A DNA stretch of 64,000 bases from Candidatus Hodarchaeota archaeon (GCA_048886685.1 JBHLKM010000003.1:224001-288000), one strand, 5' to 3'; counted from the first letter of the stretch, positions 20,107-30,859 are shown. Numbers and translations: made by a program. The notes: a model not told the origin generated them from the sequence alone.

Positions 20107-21414
20107 TTAATGCGTTTCAGGGATTAAAATAATAATCTTAGTACCTTTCTTGTAATCTCCTTTAGCTCTATCTTCAGCCCATACTTTGCCATTAAAACTT
20201 TGAATAACTTCTCTTACAAGTAATAAACCTAACCCAATTCTCTTAAAACTTTTCGCTTTCTCATAAATTTTATAAAAAATATTTTCCTTCATTTTCTCTG
20301 GTATTCCAGAACCATTATCTATGAATTCCATTCTTATATAATTAATTTCCTCCTCCTGTTCACGAAAAATATTTATTATGACTTGCACTTCAGGGTTATC
20401 ATTATACCGAATTGAATTATTTAAGATTATTCGAAAAACATCATATAAAATTTCACTAGCCTTTACAATATAAGTTTCTTCCTTGGGATCGAAAGTAATA
20501 TTAACAATTTTATCAGGAAATCTCGTTTTATTATATTCTATAGCTTTTTTTAAGATTTCATTTACGTTTATGGGTGTATTCCTAATTTTCCCTAATTCTA
20601 AATCGGAAAGTTTCCTTACATTAATCCCGAGTTCTGCACCCCTATTCACTTGAGTTTTCGCAAGGTTTAACAGTTCTTTAATGTCCTCCTTAACATTATG
20701 CTTAGCACATTCCTGAGAAATAATTTCTAAAGAGAATTCTAAATTTTGTAGGATATTATTAATATCATGCACAAAGAGATCTTTATAAAATTCTGCTCTA
20801 TTGTATGCTAACCGATATTTACTTTCAGATCTTACTATCCTTTCTTCAATTATAGCGACTATGCCTGTAATTAACAATACTGTAGCCATAAGAACTCTTG
20901 AAAACTCTAATAATTCATCTCCATAAGCATACCCTTGATCTCTAAGCATGCTTGCTAATATTTGAAATAATCCTGTACTTAGTATGAAACACATAAATGC
21001 ATGAATTGGGGTTTTTTTTTTCAAATATATCCTTATGATTAGGAACATTGCAATAAATAATAATAATGCAATTGCTATTTGTAATACTAATGAAGTAAAT
21101 TTTTGTTGGAAAAGGAAAAAAATCATAGGAACAAATGCTTTCTTCTTGGATTTTGAAAATGTCCTATAATATTCATGAGACACTGCAATTACAAATAATA
21201 AGACAGTCAAAGCTGAGAAACTGATACTTATTATTTCGGAAGTATCATACTGTTCTTGAGAGAGTAATCTGAAAACTTCAGATAACGTAGCACTAATATA
21301 TGCAGATAGCCATGAGAATAAATCTTTTCTTTTGAAACACACCAAAGCAAACAATAAAGTTGCGATGAAAATAACAATTGTAGTGGATAAATTCATCACA
21401 AAAAATTCTTTCAA
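20107..21414 (-). CDS. Membrane sensor histidine kinase
   Basis: About 7 N-terminal TM helices, H-box FVHDINNILQ, N-box, DNGSGI, GLGL; no cognate response regulator in the window. Confidence 0.9.
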   Translation of the reverse strand: MKEFFVMNLSTTIVIFIATLLFALVCFKRKDLFSWLSAYISATLSEVFRLLSQEQYDTSEIISISFSALTVLLFVIAVSHEYYRTFSKSKKKAFVPMIFFLFQQKFTSLVLQIAIALLLFIAMFLIIRIYLKKKTPIHAFMCFILSTGLFQILASMLRDQGYAYGDELLEFSRVLMATVLLITGIVAIIEERIVRSESKYRLAYNRAEFYKDLFVHDINNILQNLEFSLEIISQECAKHNVKEDIKELLNLAKTQVNRGAELGINVRKLSDLELGKIRNTPINVNEILKKAIEYNKTRFPDKIVNITFDPKEETYIVKASEILYDVFRIILNNSIRYNDNPEVQVIINIFREQEEEINYIRMEFIDNGSGIPEKMKENIFYKIYEKAKSFKRIGLGLLLVREVIQSFNGKVWAEDRAKGDYKKGTKIIILIPETH

Positions 21415-21619
21415 CTCTAAAACCTTAATTCCTCGTAAATTTAATGGTTAAAATATTAATAGAGTTGACTATTTTAAATTTACCCTTGTGTTACCATAAT
21501 GAGAAATTACTAAAAAATGACAATTTATAGCTTAGATTCATAAAATTTTTATGATTTCGTATACTTTCTTTTTCATTATACTTAGATAGAAAATTAGTAA
21601 AAAACAAAGTGAAATTTTC

Positions 21620-23872
21620 ATGGTTAAAGTTAAGAACCCAGAGGAAATAGCTCAATTGGTAACCTCTGGATCATATGATAAAAAGAGAATATTTTCGATC
21701 ACCGCCCACATCGATCACGGTAAAACTACAGCTACAGATTATCTATTAAGACGTGCGGGTCTTATGCGACCCGAAGATGCAGGTCAACTTCAAATGACAG
21801 ACTCAGATGACGAAGAGCAAGAAAGAGGCATTACTATTTTTACAAGTGTAGTTCTCCTTGCATTTAATGACCCAAGAAAGCCAGATGATCTTGAACCCTA
21901 TATCATTCAATTAAATGATACTCCGGGACACATTAGTTTTACAGGAGAGGTGTCAAGAGCACTCAGAGGAAGCGATGGTGCAATAATTTTAGTGGATGCC
22001 CTTGAAGGTGTTATGACTCAGACAGAAACTAATATTCGCCTATCCGTTGGAGAGGAACTTTGCAAACCTGTCTTATTTATTAATAAGGTTGACAGATTAA
22101 TAAGTGAACTAAAGTTGAGTCCTCAAGAAACATTTGCTAAAATAGATAAAATTACACGAGAAGTTAATGATCTAATTAAAAAAGTTCGACCTGAAGGTTC
22201 GGATTGGTCAATTGATTTTGCGAAGAATTCAGTAGCTGTTGGTTCAGCGAAGCATGGTTGGGGTTTTACTTATGAAATTCTACTGGAAAAAGGTTTAAAA
22301 CCTCAGGATGTTTTTGCGAAATATAACGAAGGAGATATACAATGGTTAAGAGATAATTTGCCATTAGATGAACCAATGTTAAGAATGATTGTAGATCACC
22401 TTCCAGATCCTATTTCTGCTGCTAAATATAGAATACCTCATATCTGGGGAGGTGACCTGAGTACGGAACTAGGACAATCTTTACAGAAGAGTGACCCGAA
22501 TGGGCCGCTTTATGGAATGATAACTAAGATTTTCTTAGATCCTAAGAGGAACTATCAAGCTACCTTGATTGGGAGAGTTTTCAGTGGCATATTTGACCAG
22601 ACAGATTCGATTTATTTAATTAATAGTGATTCAAGCAATCGTGTAAAGAGACTTGGTGTCATGGAGATAACTGATATCTTAGATATTCCCAAAATTCCTG
22701 CAGGAAATCTTTTTGCATTGTTTGGTTTTGTATGTCCTGCTGGTGAAACATTTATGCTTACAAATGATGTTCCTAAAGATAAAGAAGAAAAGAAAATGTT
22801 GCATCCATTTGAAAAAATTCAATATGCCTGTGAGGCTGTTGTATCAAGAAGTATTAAGCCAAAGGATCCACATGAAATTGATAAATTAGATGAAGTAGTA
22901 GGAAAATGGCTAAAAGCGAACCCAGAAGCAGAATATCGAAGAGATGATGAATCTGGTGAATTCATTTTAAGTGGCATCGATCCACTTCAGATAGAAATCC
23001 TGACAAAAAGGATTAATAATCAAGTACAAATTAACATTGGAGAACCAATTATCATTTATAGAGAGAAAATTACTAAAAAGAGTCCTGAGTATTATACAAA
23101 ATCTGCAAATACTCATAATCGTATCTTGTTATACATAGAACCATTAGATGAGACTACAGAAAGATTGATTGAAACAGGAAAAGTTAATGATTTACAAAAT
23201 GAAAAGGATAGAGCTCAAATTCTCCGTGAAGATGCAGGATGGGATGCAAAAGAAGCAAGACGTATAGTTGATGTCTATCATGGAAGTGTTCTGGTTAATG
23301 GAACTACAGGATTACAAAGATTTGATCGTGTGAGATCTTACTTGAGTGCTGCTTTTAGGGATTGGCTTGGCAATTGTATTATAGCAAAAGAACCTGCAGC
23401 CGGAGTAAAAGTGGTTTTTACAGATATGACCATACACGAGGATCCCCGGCATACGCAATATGGACAGATTGCTGGAATGGCCTTTTCTGCCTTGTCTTTA
23501 GCAATGTTAGATGCAGAACCTCATCTATATGAACCAGTACAAAAAATTGATATAAAAACACCACAAGGAACGGAAGGAGGAGTCACCACGATTATAACCA
23601 AGCGTAGAGGTAGAATAACAAATGTCATTCCTGAAGGTGAATATGTGAGAATTCAAGGTCAAATTCCTGCTGCCGAGACAATTGGAATAGCTGACGATAT
23701 TAGAGGCTCAACCCAAGGACGTGCGTTTTTCGGCTATGAGTTCAAAGGTTTCGAAAAGGTTCCTGCTTCTTTAGAGGAAGATCTTGTAATGGAAATCCGT
23801 AAACGCAAAGCTATGCCTCTAGAAATGCCAAACAGAAAGAGCTGGGAACGTTTTATTTACAAACGTACCTAA
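21620..23872 (+). CDS. Elongation factor EF-2 family GTPase, probably the Asgard paralogue aEF-2p
   Basis: AHIDHGKTT, ERGIT, DTPGH, NKVD, RGSTQGRA; diphthamide loop reads HEDPRHTQ rather than H..A.HRG; not in the S12-S7 cluster. Confidence 0.88.
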   Translation: MVKVKNPEEIAQLVTSGSYDKKRIFSITAHIDHGKTTATDYLLRRAGLMRPEDAGQLQMTDSDDEEQERGITIFTSVVLLAFNDPRKPDDLEPYIIQLNDTPGHISFTGEVSRALRGSDGAIILVDALEGVMTQTETNIRLSVGEELCKPVLFINKVDRLISELKLSPQETFAKIDKITREVNDLIKKVRPEGSDWSIDFAKNSVAVGSAKHGWGFTYEILLEKGLKPQDVFAKYNEGDIQWLRDNLPLDEPMLRMIVDHLPDPISAAKYRIPHIWGGDLSTELGQSLQKSDPNGPLYGMITKIFLDPKRNYQATLIGRVFSGIFDQTDSIYLINSDSSNRVKRLGVMEITDILDIPKIPAGNLFALFGFVCPAGETFMLTNDVPKDKEEKKMLHPFEKIQYACEAVVSRSIKPKDPHEIDKLDEVVGKWLKANPEAEYRRDDESGEFILSGIDPLQIEILTKRINNQVQINIGEPIIIYREKITKKSPEYYTKSANTHNRILLYIEPLDETTERLIETGKVNDLQNEKDRAQILREDAGWDAKEARRIVDVYHGSVLVNGTTGLQRFDRVRSYLSAAFRDWLGNCIIAKEPAAGVKVVFTDMTIHEDPRHTQYGQIAGMAFSALSLAMLDAEPHLYEPVQKIDIKTPQGTEGGVTTIITKRRGRITNVIPEGEYVRIQGQIPAAETIGIADDIRGSTQGRAFFGYEFKGFEKVPASLEEDLVMEIRKRKAMPLEMPNRKSWERFIYKRT

Positions 23873-23976
23873 TAAATTAAATTTTTTTGATTAATTTATT
23901 TTTCAGACTTTAATTTAGAATTAATTAAATAAATTCAGATTCTTCCATATAAAAAACAAAAATTTAAATACTCCCT

Positions 23977-24546
23977 TTAAGAAAAGCTCGGAATTTTGGC
24001 AATCATATATAATTTTCTAACAAGAGCTTTAAAGGCATCAGTTACGCCTTGACCTGTTAGCGCACTTGTTTTATAATAACCAATGAACCTATTATCTTTC
24101 GTAAATTGACCCACATTATCATCTGATCTTGGATTATCTGGATTCTCAGTTAATCCTCCATCAATAACTAAATCAACTTTATTTCCAAATAAAACAATCG
24201 GAATGTTTCCACAATGTTTCTTGAGATCAGCAAGCCATTTACTTACATGATTATAGCTTTCTGCTTGTTCAGGTGCATGAGAAAAAACTATGATCACTCC
24301 ACTACTACCAGTATAGAATCTTTTGCGTAATGCTTCAAATGAATCCTGACCAGCTATATCCCAAAGATACAATTCAACTTTCTCTCCATCAATTATTTCT
24401 TCATATTTAGAAAATTGGGTTCCTAAAGTTGCAATATATTCATTCTGAAAAGAATCTTGAGTGTATTTTTTAATTAATGAAGTTTTACCTACTGCACCAT
24501 CTCCGATCACCGTTATTTTAAATCCATAACCTGTTCCATTACTCAA
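23977..24546 (-). CDS. Rab-like small GTPase
   Basis: GDGAVGKTS, WDIAGQ, GNKVD, TSA. Confidence 0.93.
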   Translation of the reverse strand: MSNGTGYGFKITVIGDGAVGKTSLIKKYTQDSFQNEYIATLGTQFSKYEEIIDGEKVELYLWDIAGQDSFEALRKRFYTGSSGVIIVFSHAPEQAESYNHVSKWLADLKKHCGNIPIVLFGNKVDLVIDGGLTENPDNPRSDDNVGQFTKDNRFIGYYKTSALTGQGVTDAFKALVRKLYMIAKIPSFS

Positions 24547-24727
24547 CTTATGTACCCACCATTTTGTTTTAATTTCCCTTTCTTTGCTAGTAAAACTAAG
24601 ACATTTTAAATTTTTACAAAAGAATATTCAATTAAACTACGATATACTAAATTGAATAGCCAATATTAAAAGATTATAATATCAATATATGGTAGAAAAA
24701 CGATTAAAGCTAAGAAGAGAAATTATT

Positions 24728-25291
24728 TTATATTGTAGCTCTTTGATATAGTTTGAACACTAATGCTTGAAATGCTTCTTTTACATCTTGACCTGTTAAA
24801 GCACTAGTTTTATAATATTTAATAATTTTATTATCTTGGGCAAATTGATTTACATGAACATCTGAAGTTGCATAATTTGGGCTTGTTGCTAATGCATTTT
24901 GGTCTACTAAATCAGCCTTGTTTCCAAATAATATAGTAGGAATATTCCCACAAGCTTCTTTTATATTTGAGAGCCATTTAGTAACATGGTTATAAGTTTC
25001 AATTTCTTCAGGAGAAAGGGAAAAAACGACAATAGCACCACTACTTCCTGTATAAAACCTGTCACGTAGAGTGCTAAATGACTCTTGACCCGCTAAATCC
25101 CATAAAAATAATTCTACCTTCTCCTCTGCTACATTCTCCTCATATTTCGAAAATTGCATACCTAATGTTGAAATATAATCTTTTTCAAAAGAATTTGTTG
25201 TATATCTTCTGATTAGCGAAGTTTTCCCAACCGCAGCATCACCCACAACCACAATCTTAAATTTGAAAGCATCACTCAAATGATTCACCAC
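24728..25291 (-). CDS. Rab-like small GTPase (tandem paralogue)
   Basis: GDAAVGKTS, WDLAGQE, GNKAD, TSA. Confidence 0.93.
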   Translation of the reverse strand: MVNHLSDAFKFKIVVVGDAAVGKTSLIRRYTTNSFEKDYISTLGMQFSKYEENVAEEKVELFLWDLAGQESFSTLRDRFYTGSSGAIVVFSLSPEEIETYNHVTKWLSNIKEACGNIPTILFGNKADLVDQNALATSPNYATSDVHVNQFAQDNKIIKYYKTSALTGQDVKEAFQALVFKLYQRATI

Positions 25292-25440
25292 TTATTTCAT
25301 TATCTATTTCCTAAATAGTAAAAATGAGCTATTTTAAATTTTTACAATAAAATAATCCTGAAAAATTTTCTAGAATAACTATAAACATTCGGGATAAAAA
25401 ATGCATATCGTATTGCTTAAATACAAATGTATCAAAAAGA

Positions 25441-26157
25441 TTAATCAGCACCAAAAAGTTCAATTAATTCTTCTGTGTTGTCAACTAATATATCTGGATA
25501 ATGTTCTAGGAGAGTTTCTTTTTTGGCAAGACCAGAAGCGACGCACACCATTTTTACATTTGCAGATTTTCCCGCGTCTATATCAGTTGTCATATCTCCT
25601 ATGAAAATTGTTTCTGATGGCTTTATTTTCCATTTATCTAAAATTTTCAATATTCCTTCTGGACTTGGTTTCACTTCTGAAACTTCATTAAATCCTATAA
25701 TAGTATCAAAAAATTTGGTCAAATTAAATTTTTCTAAAACTTCTTCAGCATATTGGCTTTTATTGTTTGTTAAAATTGCTAATCTTAGTTTTTTATCATG
25801 AATTTTTTTAATTAAATTATCTATCCCATCATAAATCGAAGATTCAGCGTCTTTATACTTATTGAATTGGTTAAATAAAAAGATAGCAATACGTAATTTT
25901 TTAAAAAAACTTAATCCTTCTAAGAACTGTACCTGTAACAAATCATATGAATTAAGAAGAATTTTTGGGACGGGATAATTTTGGATTTCCTCAATTAAAT
26001 GTGCGAGTTCTTCCATTATATCTTCTGTATTTACATTCATTTCATACTTTTCTACTGAATCATCGACTGCTTTTTCTATTGCTTCAGAAATATTAAAAAT
26101 CACACCATCCATATCAAAAATGATTCCCTTATAATTTTCTAAGTTAATTTTTTCCAT
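25441..26157 (-). CDS. HAD-IA hydrolase (phosphoglycolate-phosphatase-like)
   Basis: FDMDG, LTN, KPSP, IGDMTTD. Confidence 0.88.
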   Translation of the reverse strand: MEKINLENYKGIIFDMDGVIFNISEAIEKAVDDSVEKYEMNVNTEDIMEELAHLIEEIQNYPVPKILLNSYDLLQVQFLEGLSFFKKLRIAIFLFNQFNKYKDAESSIYDGIDNLIKKIHDKKLRLAILTNNKSQYAEEVLEKFNLTKFFDTIIGFNEVSEVKPSPEGILKILDKWKIKPSETIFIGDMTTDIDAGKSANVKMVCVASGLAKKETLLEHYPDILVDNTEELIELFGAD

Positions 26158-26259
26158 GCTAAAGTGAATAAATATTTAGAACAATTTTAATTATACGAAT
26201 GGCAATATTTTATTTAAACAAGTATCAACTATTATATTAACTAAACTTCTCAGTTTAAA

Positions 26260-27144
26260 ATGAATGACAACAAAGAAGGAGAGAAGGAAACATTTGAAGA
26301 AGAGGAGGAAGAATTAGAAGACGACGATTTAAAAGTTTACTTAGAAGAAATGAAGGCATTAGAGACAGATTTTTCTGATTTAGAGGATTTAGACATGGAA
26401 GAACTTCAAGAAATACAAGACGCCATTGCTCTTGTGAAAGAAAGCGAGGAACCATCAGAAATTGAAGTAATTGATGAAATATTAACTGAAGATGGAATTA
26501 TGGATGAGTTAAAGGAAGAAAGAGAATTTAGGGAAGCAATGGTTACTGACTTTTCAGATATGGATGAAATCGAATTTGAAGAATTAAAAGATATGCAAGA
26601 TGCAATCCAATCAGTTAAACAAGAGGAAATGAAAGCTGTTGTTGAAGGAGAGGCTGAAATCCAACCAACCCAAGAAGTTTCTAGAGAATTAGAGGAGAGA
26701 ATTAAGCAAGAACTCTTAAAAAGAAAAGAAGTTGAGGAAAAAGTCATTACACCAGAGAAATTTCTAGATTACATTAAAAATAAACGGGATAAAATTTGGT
26801 ATCATGCCCTCTACTATCTTGTTTTTAATGTTGAGGATCACATTGCTTCAAAGATGTTATTATACGATGTTTTAAAAGAAGTGACTAGTAAATCGCCTAT
26901 TGATCCAATTCCAGAACACCAATTTTATTTTGGATTGGGTTATATTTTACGACTAAGTCTGAATAATAAACAAGTTGTAAGATTTTTGAAGGATGGGAAG
27001 TTTAAGATTAATATCAATGTGGATAATTTAAAAGAAATGTTAGAGATAGCGGGAGAACCTATAAGTACACGTCCAATTATAAAGGAAGAAGAAAAGAAAA
27101 AAATGTATATGGATTTTCTTAAGGAAGATTTTTTTAATATCTGA
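26260..27144 (+). CDS. Hypothetical protein: very acidic repeat-containing N-terminus plus globular C-terminus
   Basis: Long ORF with D/E-rich N-half and a duplicated DFSD..D...EEL..MQDAI..VK motif. Confidence 0.75.
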   Translation: MNDNKEGEKETFEEEEEELEDDDLKVYLEEMKALETDFSDLEDLDMEELQEIQDAIALVKESEEPSEIEVIDEILTEDGIMDELKEEREFREAMVTDFSDMDEIEFEELKDMQDAIQSVKQEEMKAVVEGEAEIQPTQEVSRELEERIKQELLKRKEVEEKVITPEKFLDYIKNKRDKIWYHALYYLVFNVEDHIASKMLLYDVLKEVTSKSPIDPIPEHQFYFGLGYILRLSLNNKQVVRFLKDGKFKININVDNLKEMLEIAGEPISTRPIIKEEEKKKMYMDFLKEDFFNI

Positions 27145-27169
27145 ATTTTTATGATTCTTGATAATTTAA

Positions 27170-27811
27170 ATGAAAATGAGTGAAAAACCTTCTTTATTAA
27201 TTATAGGAAATTCAAATGTAGGTAAAAGCTCTATTACAAAATTAATACTGCCGAACCCTAAGATGTTCAAAGGTAAAATTGGGAAATCCCCTGGTAGCAC
27301 CTTATTGATAAAACCAATAACCCAACCCAATTTAGCCTATAAAATAATTGATCTCCCTGGTTTTGGATACACCAAACATTCAAGTCACAGACGACAAGAA
27401 CACATAAAAAAACAGATTATTATCCATATTGAAAAGCATTATGAAGACTACTTTTTTGGATTAGTTGTATTAAATATTGTAAGGATTGAAGATGAAATCA
27501 ACAAGTATTTCATTAAGGATAAAAAAACTATTCCATTGAGTTTTGAACTCATTCAATTTTTAAATGGGTTTAGAATCCCAATTTTAATCATTTTAAATAA
27601 AATTGATAAGCTCTCCAATTTTGATAAAGAAAGAATTATTAGCTTGCTTTTAAAGGCTGCTAAGGAATATAATCTTAATTTAATCCATTTAAATAACTAT
27701 GATTATAAAACTAGCTTTAAAATCCCTTATCTAGAATTTTCAGCATTGAAGAAAATTAATTTAAAAGGTTTGAAAACAGCTATTCAACACTTTTTAAAGA
27801 AAAAACTATAA
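27170..27811 (+). CDS. engB: EngB/YihA/YsxC-type GTP-binding protein
   Basis: GNSNVGKSS, GKSPGST, DLPGFG, NKID, FSA. Confidence 0.85.
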   Translation: MKMSEKPSLLIIGNSNVGKSSITKLILPNPKMFKGKIGKSPGSTLLIKPITQPNLAYKIIDLPGFGYTKHSSHRRQEHIKKQIIIHIEKHYEDYFFGLVVLNIVRIEDEINKYFIKDKKTIPLSFELIQFLNGFRIPILIILNKIDKLSNFDKERIISLLLKAAKEYNLNLIHLNNYDYKTSFKIPYLEFSALKKINLKGLKTAIQHFLKKKL

Positions 27812-28420
27812 TTTTTTTAGTTTTAAGTGATTAGAGATAATATTTTTCAGTTCAGAATATTCTGAAACAACTGGAAATTGGGGGAACTCTTTCTTTACAT
27901 TTGCAGAAGGTCTAAATAAGATTCCGAAATCTGCTTCCATTAACATTCTAATATCATTGTAAGAATCTCCTACTGCAATTACATTGTACTTCAATTTTTT
28001 CAGTGCTTTGACAGTCTTCTTTTTCATATCTTTAAGTCTCAAAATATAGTTAACAATCATGCCTGTGTTGTCTATTTTGAGATTGTTGCAGAATATTAAG
28101 GGATAATTTAGTTTCTTTGCAAATGGCTGAACAAACTCTACAAAACTGCCAGTTGCAATTATTACCTGCACGTTGGATCTAAGCCAATCTAAAAATTCAA
28201 GGGCTCCTGGCAAAAGATCAATTTCTGTTATTATTTCTTGGATATCATTTAAGGTAATATTATTATTTCTGAGAATATTCAACCTTTGCTTCATAAGTGC
28301 ATCATAATCAGCTATATCTCTAGTGGTTAACTTCAATTTTTCAATCCCAGAAGCAGCAGCAACAGCCTCCCATATTTCAGGAGTGAGAACACCTTCTAAA
28401 TCTAAACAAATAACATACAT
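27806..28420 (-). CDS. thrH: Phosphoserine phosphatase/homoserine phosphotransferase
   Basis: CLDLEGVLTPEIW, TTRDIADYDALM, GDSYND. Confidence 0.92.
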   Translation of the reverse strand: MYVICLDLEGVLTPEIWEAVAAASGIEKLKLTTRDIADYDALMKQRLNILRNNNITLNDIQEIITEIDLLPGALEFLDWLRSNVQVIIATGSFVEFVQPFAKKLNYPLIFCNNLKIDNTGMIVNYILRLKDMKKKTVKALKKLKYNVIAVGDSYNDIRMLMEADFGILFRPSANVKKEFPQFPVVSEYSELKNIISNHLKLKKL

Positions 28421-28511
28421 TCCAATATGAATAGGTATGGGATCAATATGAATTTTGTGATCTTATAAGAGTTAATAAGGTCTAAAGAGTGTATTTTCTT
28501 TTAAATGGAGT

Positions 28512-29804
28512 TTATAATTTAGTTATTTTTGGATCCTTTTCTTTATCCCAATTCACAGCAAATAGAAAGTCTCTACTTGCCTGATTTTTATAAATTATAG
28601 GGAATCCACTGATCTCCTCAAATTTAAGTGCAAAATTTTCTAAAAAATCGTAATCAGGAAAATAGTAGTGTAATTCTTTATCACTCTTTAACCGATCTTT
28701 TATAAGTAACGCTTTAGCTTGTAATGTAAAACCTTTTATCTCAAAGAAATTTGGATTTGCTCTCTTGATTATCTTTTTATAATTCTCGATATATTTTTCA
28801 TCAATATTTAAGTTTTTGATAGCTGTTAACCTAATTAAAGATCTACAAGATAATGAATCCAATAACTCTAAACTTTCATTTAATTTATTCCAACCATTTT
28901 TAATCATTGGTCGACAAACTTTTTTATATAATTGCTCATTTGGTGCTGGTAAAGTAATATATAATTGACTTGGTAAAGGATTCAAGTCTGTAATTCTGTC
29001 TGGGAGGGTTCCGTTTGTGACTATAAATGTTGTCATATTACGATCTTTAAATTCTTGTACAAGTTCAGACATCTTTGGATACAATAATGGCTCCCCATCA
29101 AGAGATATTGCAGCATGATTAGGTATCATTGCCTCACTATGAGCCTGCATAATCTCATCTGGAGTGGTTAATGCTCGGTTAATTAAAACTTCTATCTCTT
29201 CTCTTGAATTAATACAACATTGAATATCATCGTCTAGTTCAAATGCAGTGAGTCCATGATTTACATTCTTAACAAAATTTTGATTTTTTAGGAGATTAAT
29301 TGCCCTTTCAATTTTATTTTTTGAAACATGAATTTTATTCGTTAGAGAATCTACGTTATAGACCCCTTTTCGATTCAATAACATATAAAATAAAATGTCA
29401 ATCATTATTTCATAATTATCAAGATATCGCCTTAGAGGTAAATGATTTTGTATGATATCTTGATGATGGCGAAACATTTCATCAACTATATCTTTAGGAT
29501 CATCAGGTTCAACATTAAACTCACTTCCCAGAGATCCAGTTTCTATATCCCGCCAACAGAATACACATTGGTGGTTACAAAATGGTAAAGAAGGAGTATT
29601 TTGTAAACATCTGTGACTTTTTATTCCAAAAACATCCTTATAGCAATTTCGATTATTTCTTCCAGTCATTAATCTCTGTTCTAACCAATGACAAGGTTTA
29701 ATGGAGGTGTGTTTATTTTTTCCTATGATTCTATAAGTAGTTTTTGTATAGGTTTCGATAAATTCATTAGTGATTCTGTTATCAACGATGAACCGTTTTT
29801 TCAT
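28512..29804 (-). CDS. taw1: 4-demethylwyosine synthase (radical SAM) with ~100-aa insertion
   Basis: KPCHW, CYK..FGIKSHRCLQNTP, CNHQCVFCWR, HAAISLDGEP, VTNG, PSQLYITL. Confidence 0.92.
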   Translation of the reverse strand: MKKRFIVDNRITNEFIETYTKTTYRIIGKNKHTSIKPCHWLEQRLMTGRNNRNCYKDVFGIKSHRCLQNTPSLPFCNHQCVFCWRDIETGSLGSEFNVEPDDPKDIVDEMFRHHQDIIQNHLPLRRYLDNYEIMIDILFYMLLNRKGVYNVDSLTNKIHVSKNKIERAINLLKNQNFVKNVNHGLTAFELDDDIQCCINSREEIEVLINRALTTPDEIMQAHSEAMIPNHAAISLDGEPLLYPKMSELVQEFKDRNMTTFIVTNGTLPDRITDLNPLPSQLYITLPAPNEQLYKKVCRPMIKNGWNKLNESLELLDSLSCRSLIRLTAIKNLNIDEKYIENYKKIIKRANPNFFEIKGFTLQAKALLIKDRLKSDKELHYYFPDYDFLENFALKFEEISGFPIIYKNQASRDFLFAVNWDKEKDPKITKL

Positions 29805-29977
29805 TAAACAGCCACTTTTATCGTAAAATTCTCAATACTTTATATAAATAAATGTATTTTATTTAGATATTAAATTATTTTCTTAAAATTTATAAGTATA
29901 TGTATAATTAGCACTAAACTTTTAGAATATAATCAAAACTATTGTTTTAACTAATTACCATAAATAAATGGTTTAAA

Positions 29978-30859
29978 ATGTTAAACAGAATAAAAAGCGA
30001 GCTGTTAAATATAGGATTGAAATTTTTAAGCGTGGATGAGAAAATCGTTCGTATGCTACTTGAGACAAGCCCCTCAAATGTAAATGAAATTGTAATTCTC
30101 CCTGCTATCAAGATTGTGATGAAAAAAATTTTACGAAAATTACAAAATAAGAGGAATTATGGACGAGTGTATAATGGAGAGATAAATAATATAGGGGTAA
30201 GCGTTATTCGCTCTTTAGTAGGCGCCCCAAATTGCGCGATGACCATTGAATGTTTGAAAAGATGTAAAACAAAAATTATAATTAGATTAGATACATGTGG
30301 GGGAATTGAATCACCTAATATGAAAGTTGATATAGGTAATATCTTAATACCTAAACTAGCTTTTTGCGATGAGGGTACAAGTCCTCAATATATTAGAGAA
30401 AACCCTTCTATGGCAAATGATTTAGAGGCCATATCAAATCCATTCACGAAATCTCAAAACCTACTAACTGGGAATCAAACAATATTCATTTCACGTCCTA
30501 ATCTAAATTTAAATGAGATATTATTAAATTCAGGAAATAATCTTTTCCCAAATAAGATTATATCAGGGGATTTATGGACTACTGACGCACTTTTCTGTGA
30601 GAGTTTGGATTTTATCAGAGCATTACAATCAATCAATATTCAGGGTATCGATATGGAATCTTCAATTTTATTCTTGTTAGGTAAACTTTATAATTTAAAA
30701 ACAGCATCCATCCTCTCTGTTTCGGATTTACCCGGTCATCCTAAATATGATTTACTTAATTCAAATGAGATACATCCCGAGATGGAGAATGGAATCGATA
30801 ATGCAATAAAATTATTATTTAACATATTACCAAAGCTTAATTTAATTCTTAAAGCATAA
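29978..30859 (+). CDS. Nucleoside phosphorylase (PNP/UDP-1 family)
   Basis: VGAPN, DEGTS..Y, WTTDALF.E, IDMESS, SVSD. Confidence 0.8.
   Translation: MLNRIKSELLNIGLKFLSVDEKIVRMLLETSPSNVNEIVILPAIKIVMKKILRKLQNKRNYGRVYNGEINNIGVSVIRSLVGAPNCAMTIECLKRCKTKIIIRLDTCGGIESPNMKVDIGNILIPKLAFCDEGTSPQYIRENPSMANDLEAISNPFTKSQNLLTGNQTIFISRPNLNLNEILLNSGNNLFPNKIISGDLWTTDALFCESLDFIRALQSINIQGIDMESSILFLLGKLYNLKTASILSVSDLPGHPKYDLLNSNEIHPEMENGIDNAIKLLFNILPKLNLILKA

Noticed and set aside
29160-29440. Intein in Taw1
   Set aside because: No C/S...HN-C/S/T splice junctions or LAGLIDADG motifs
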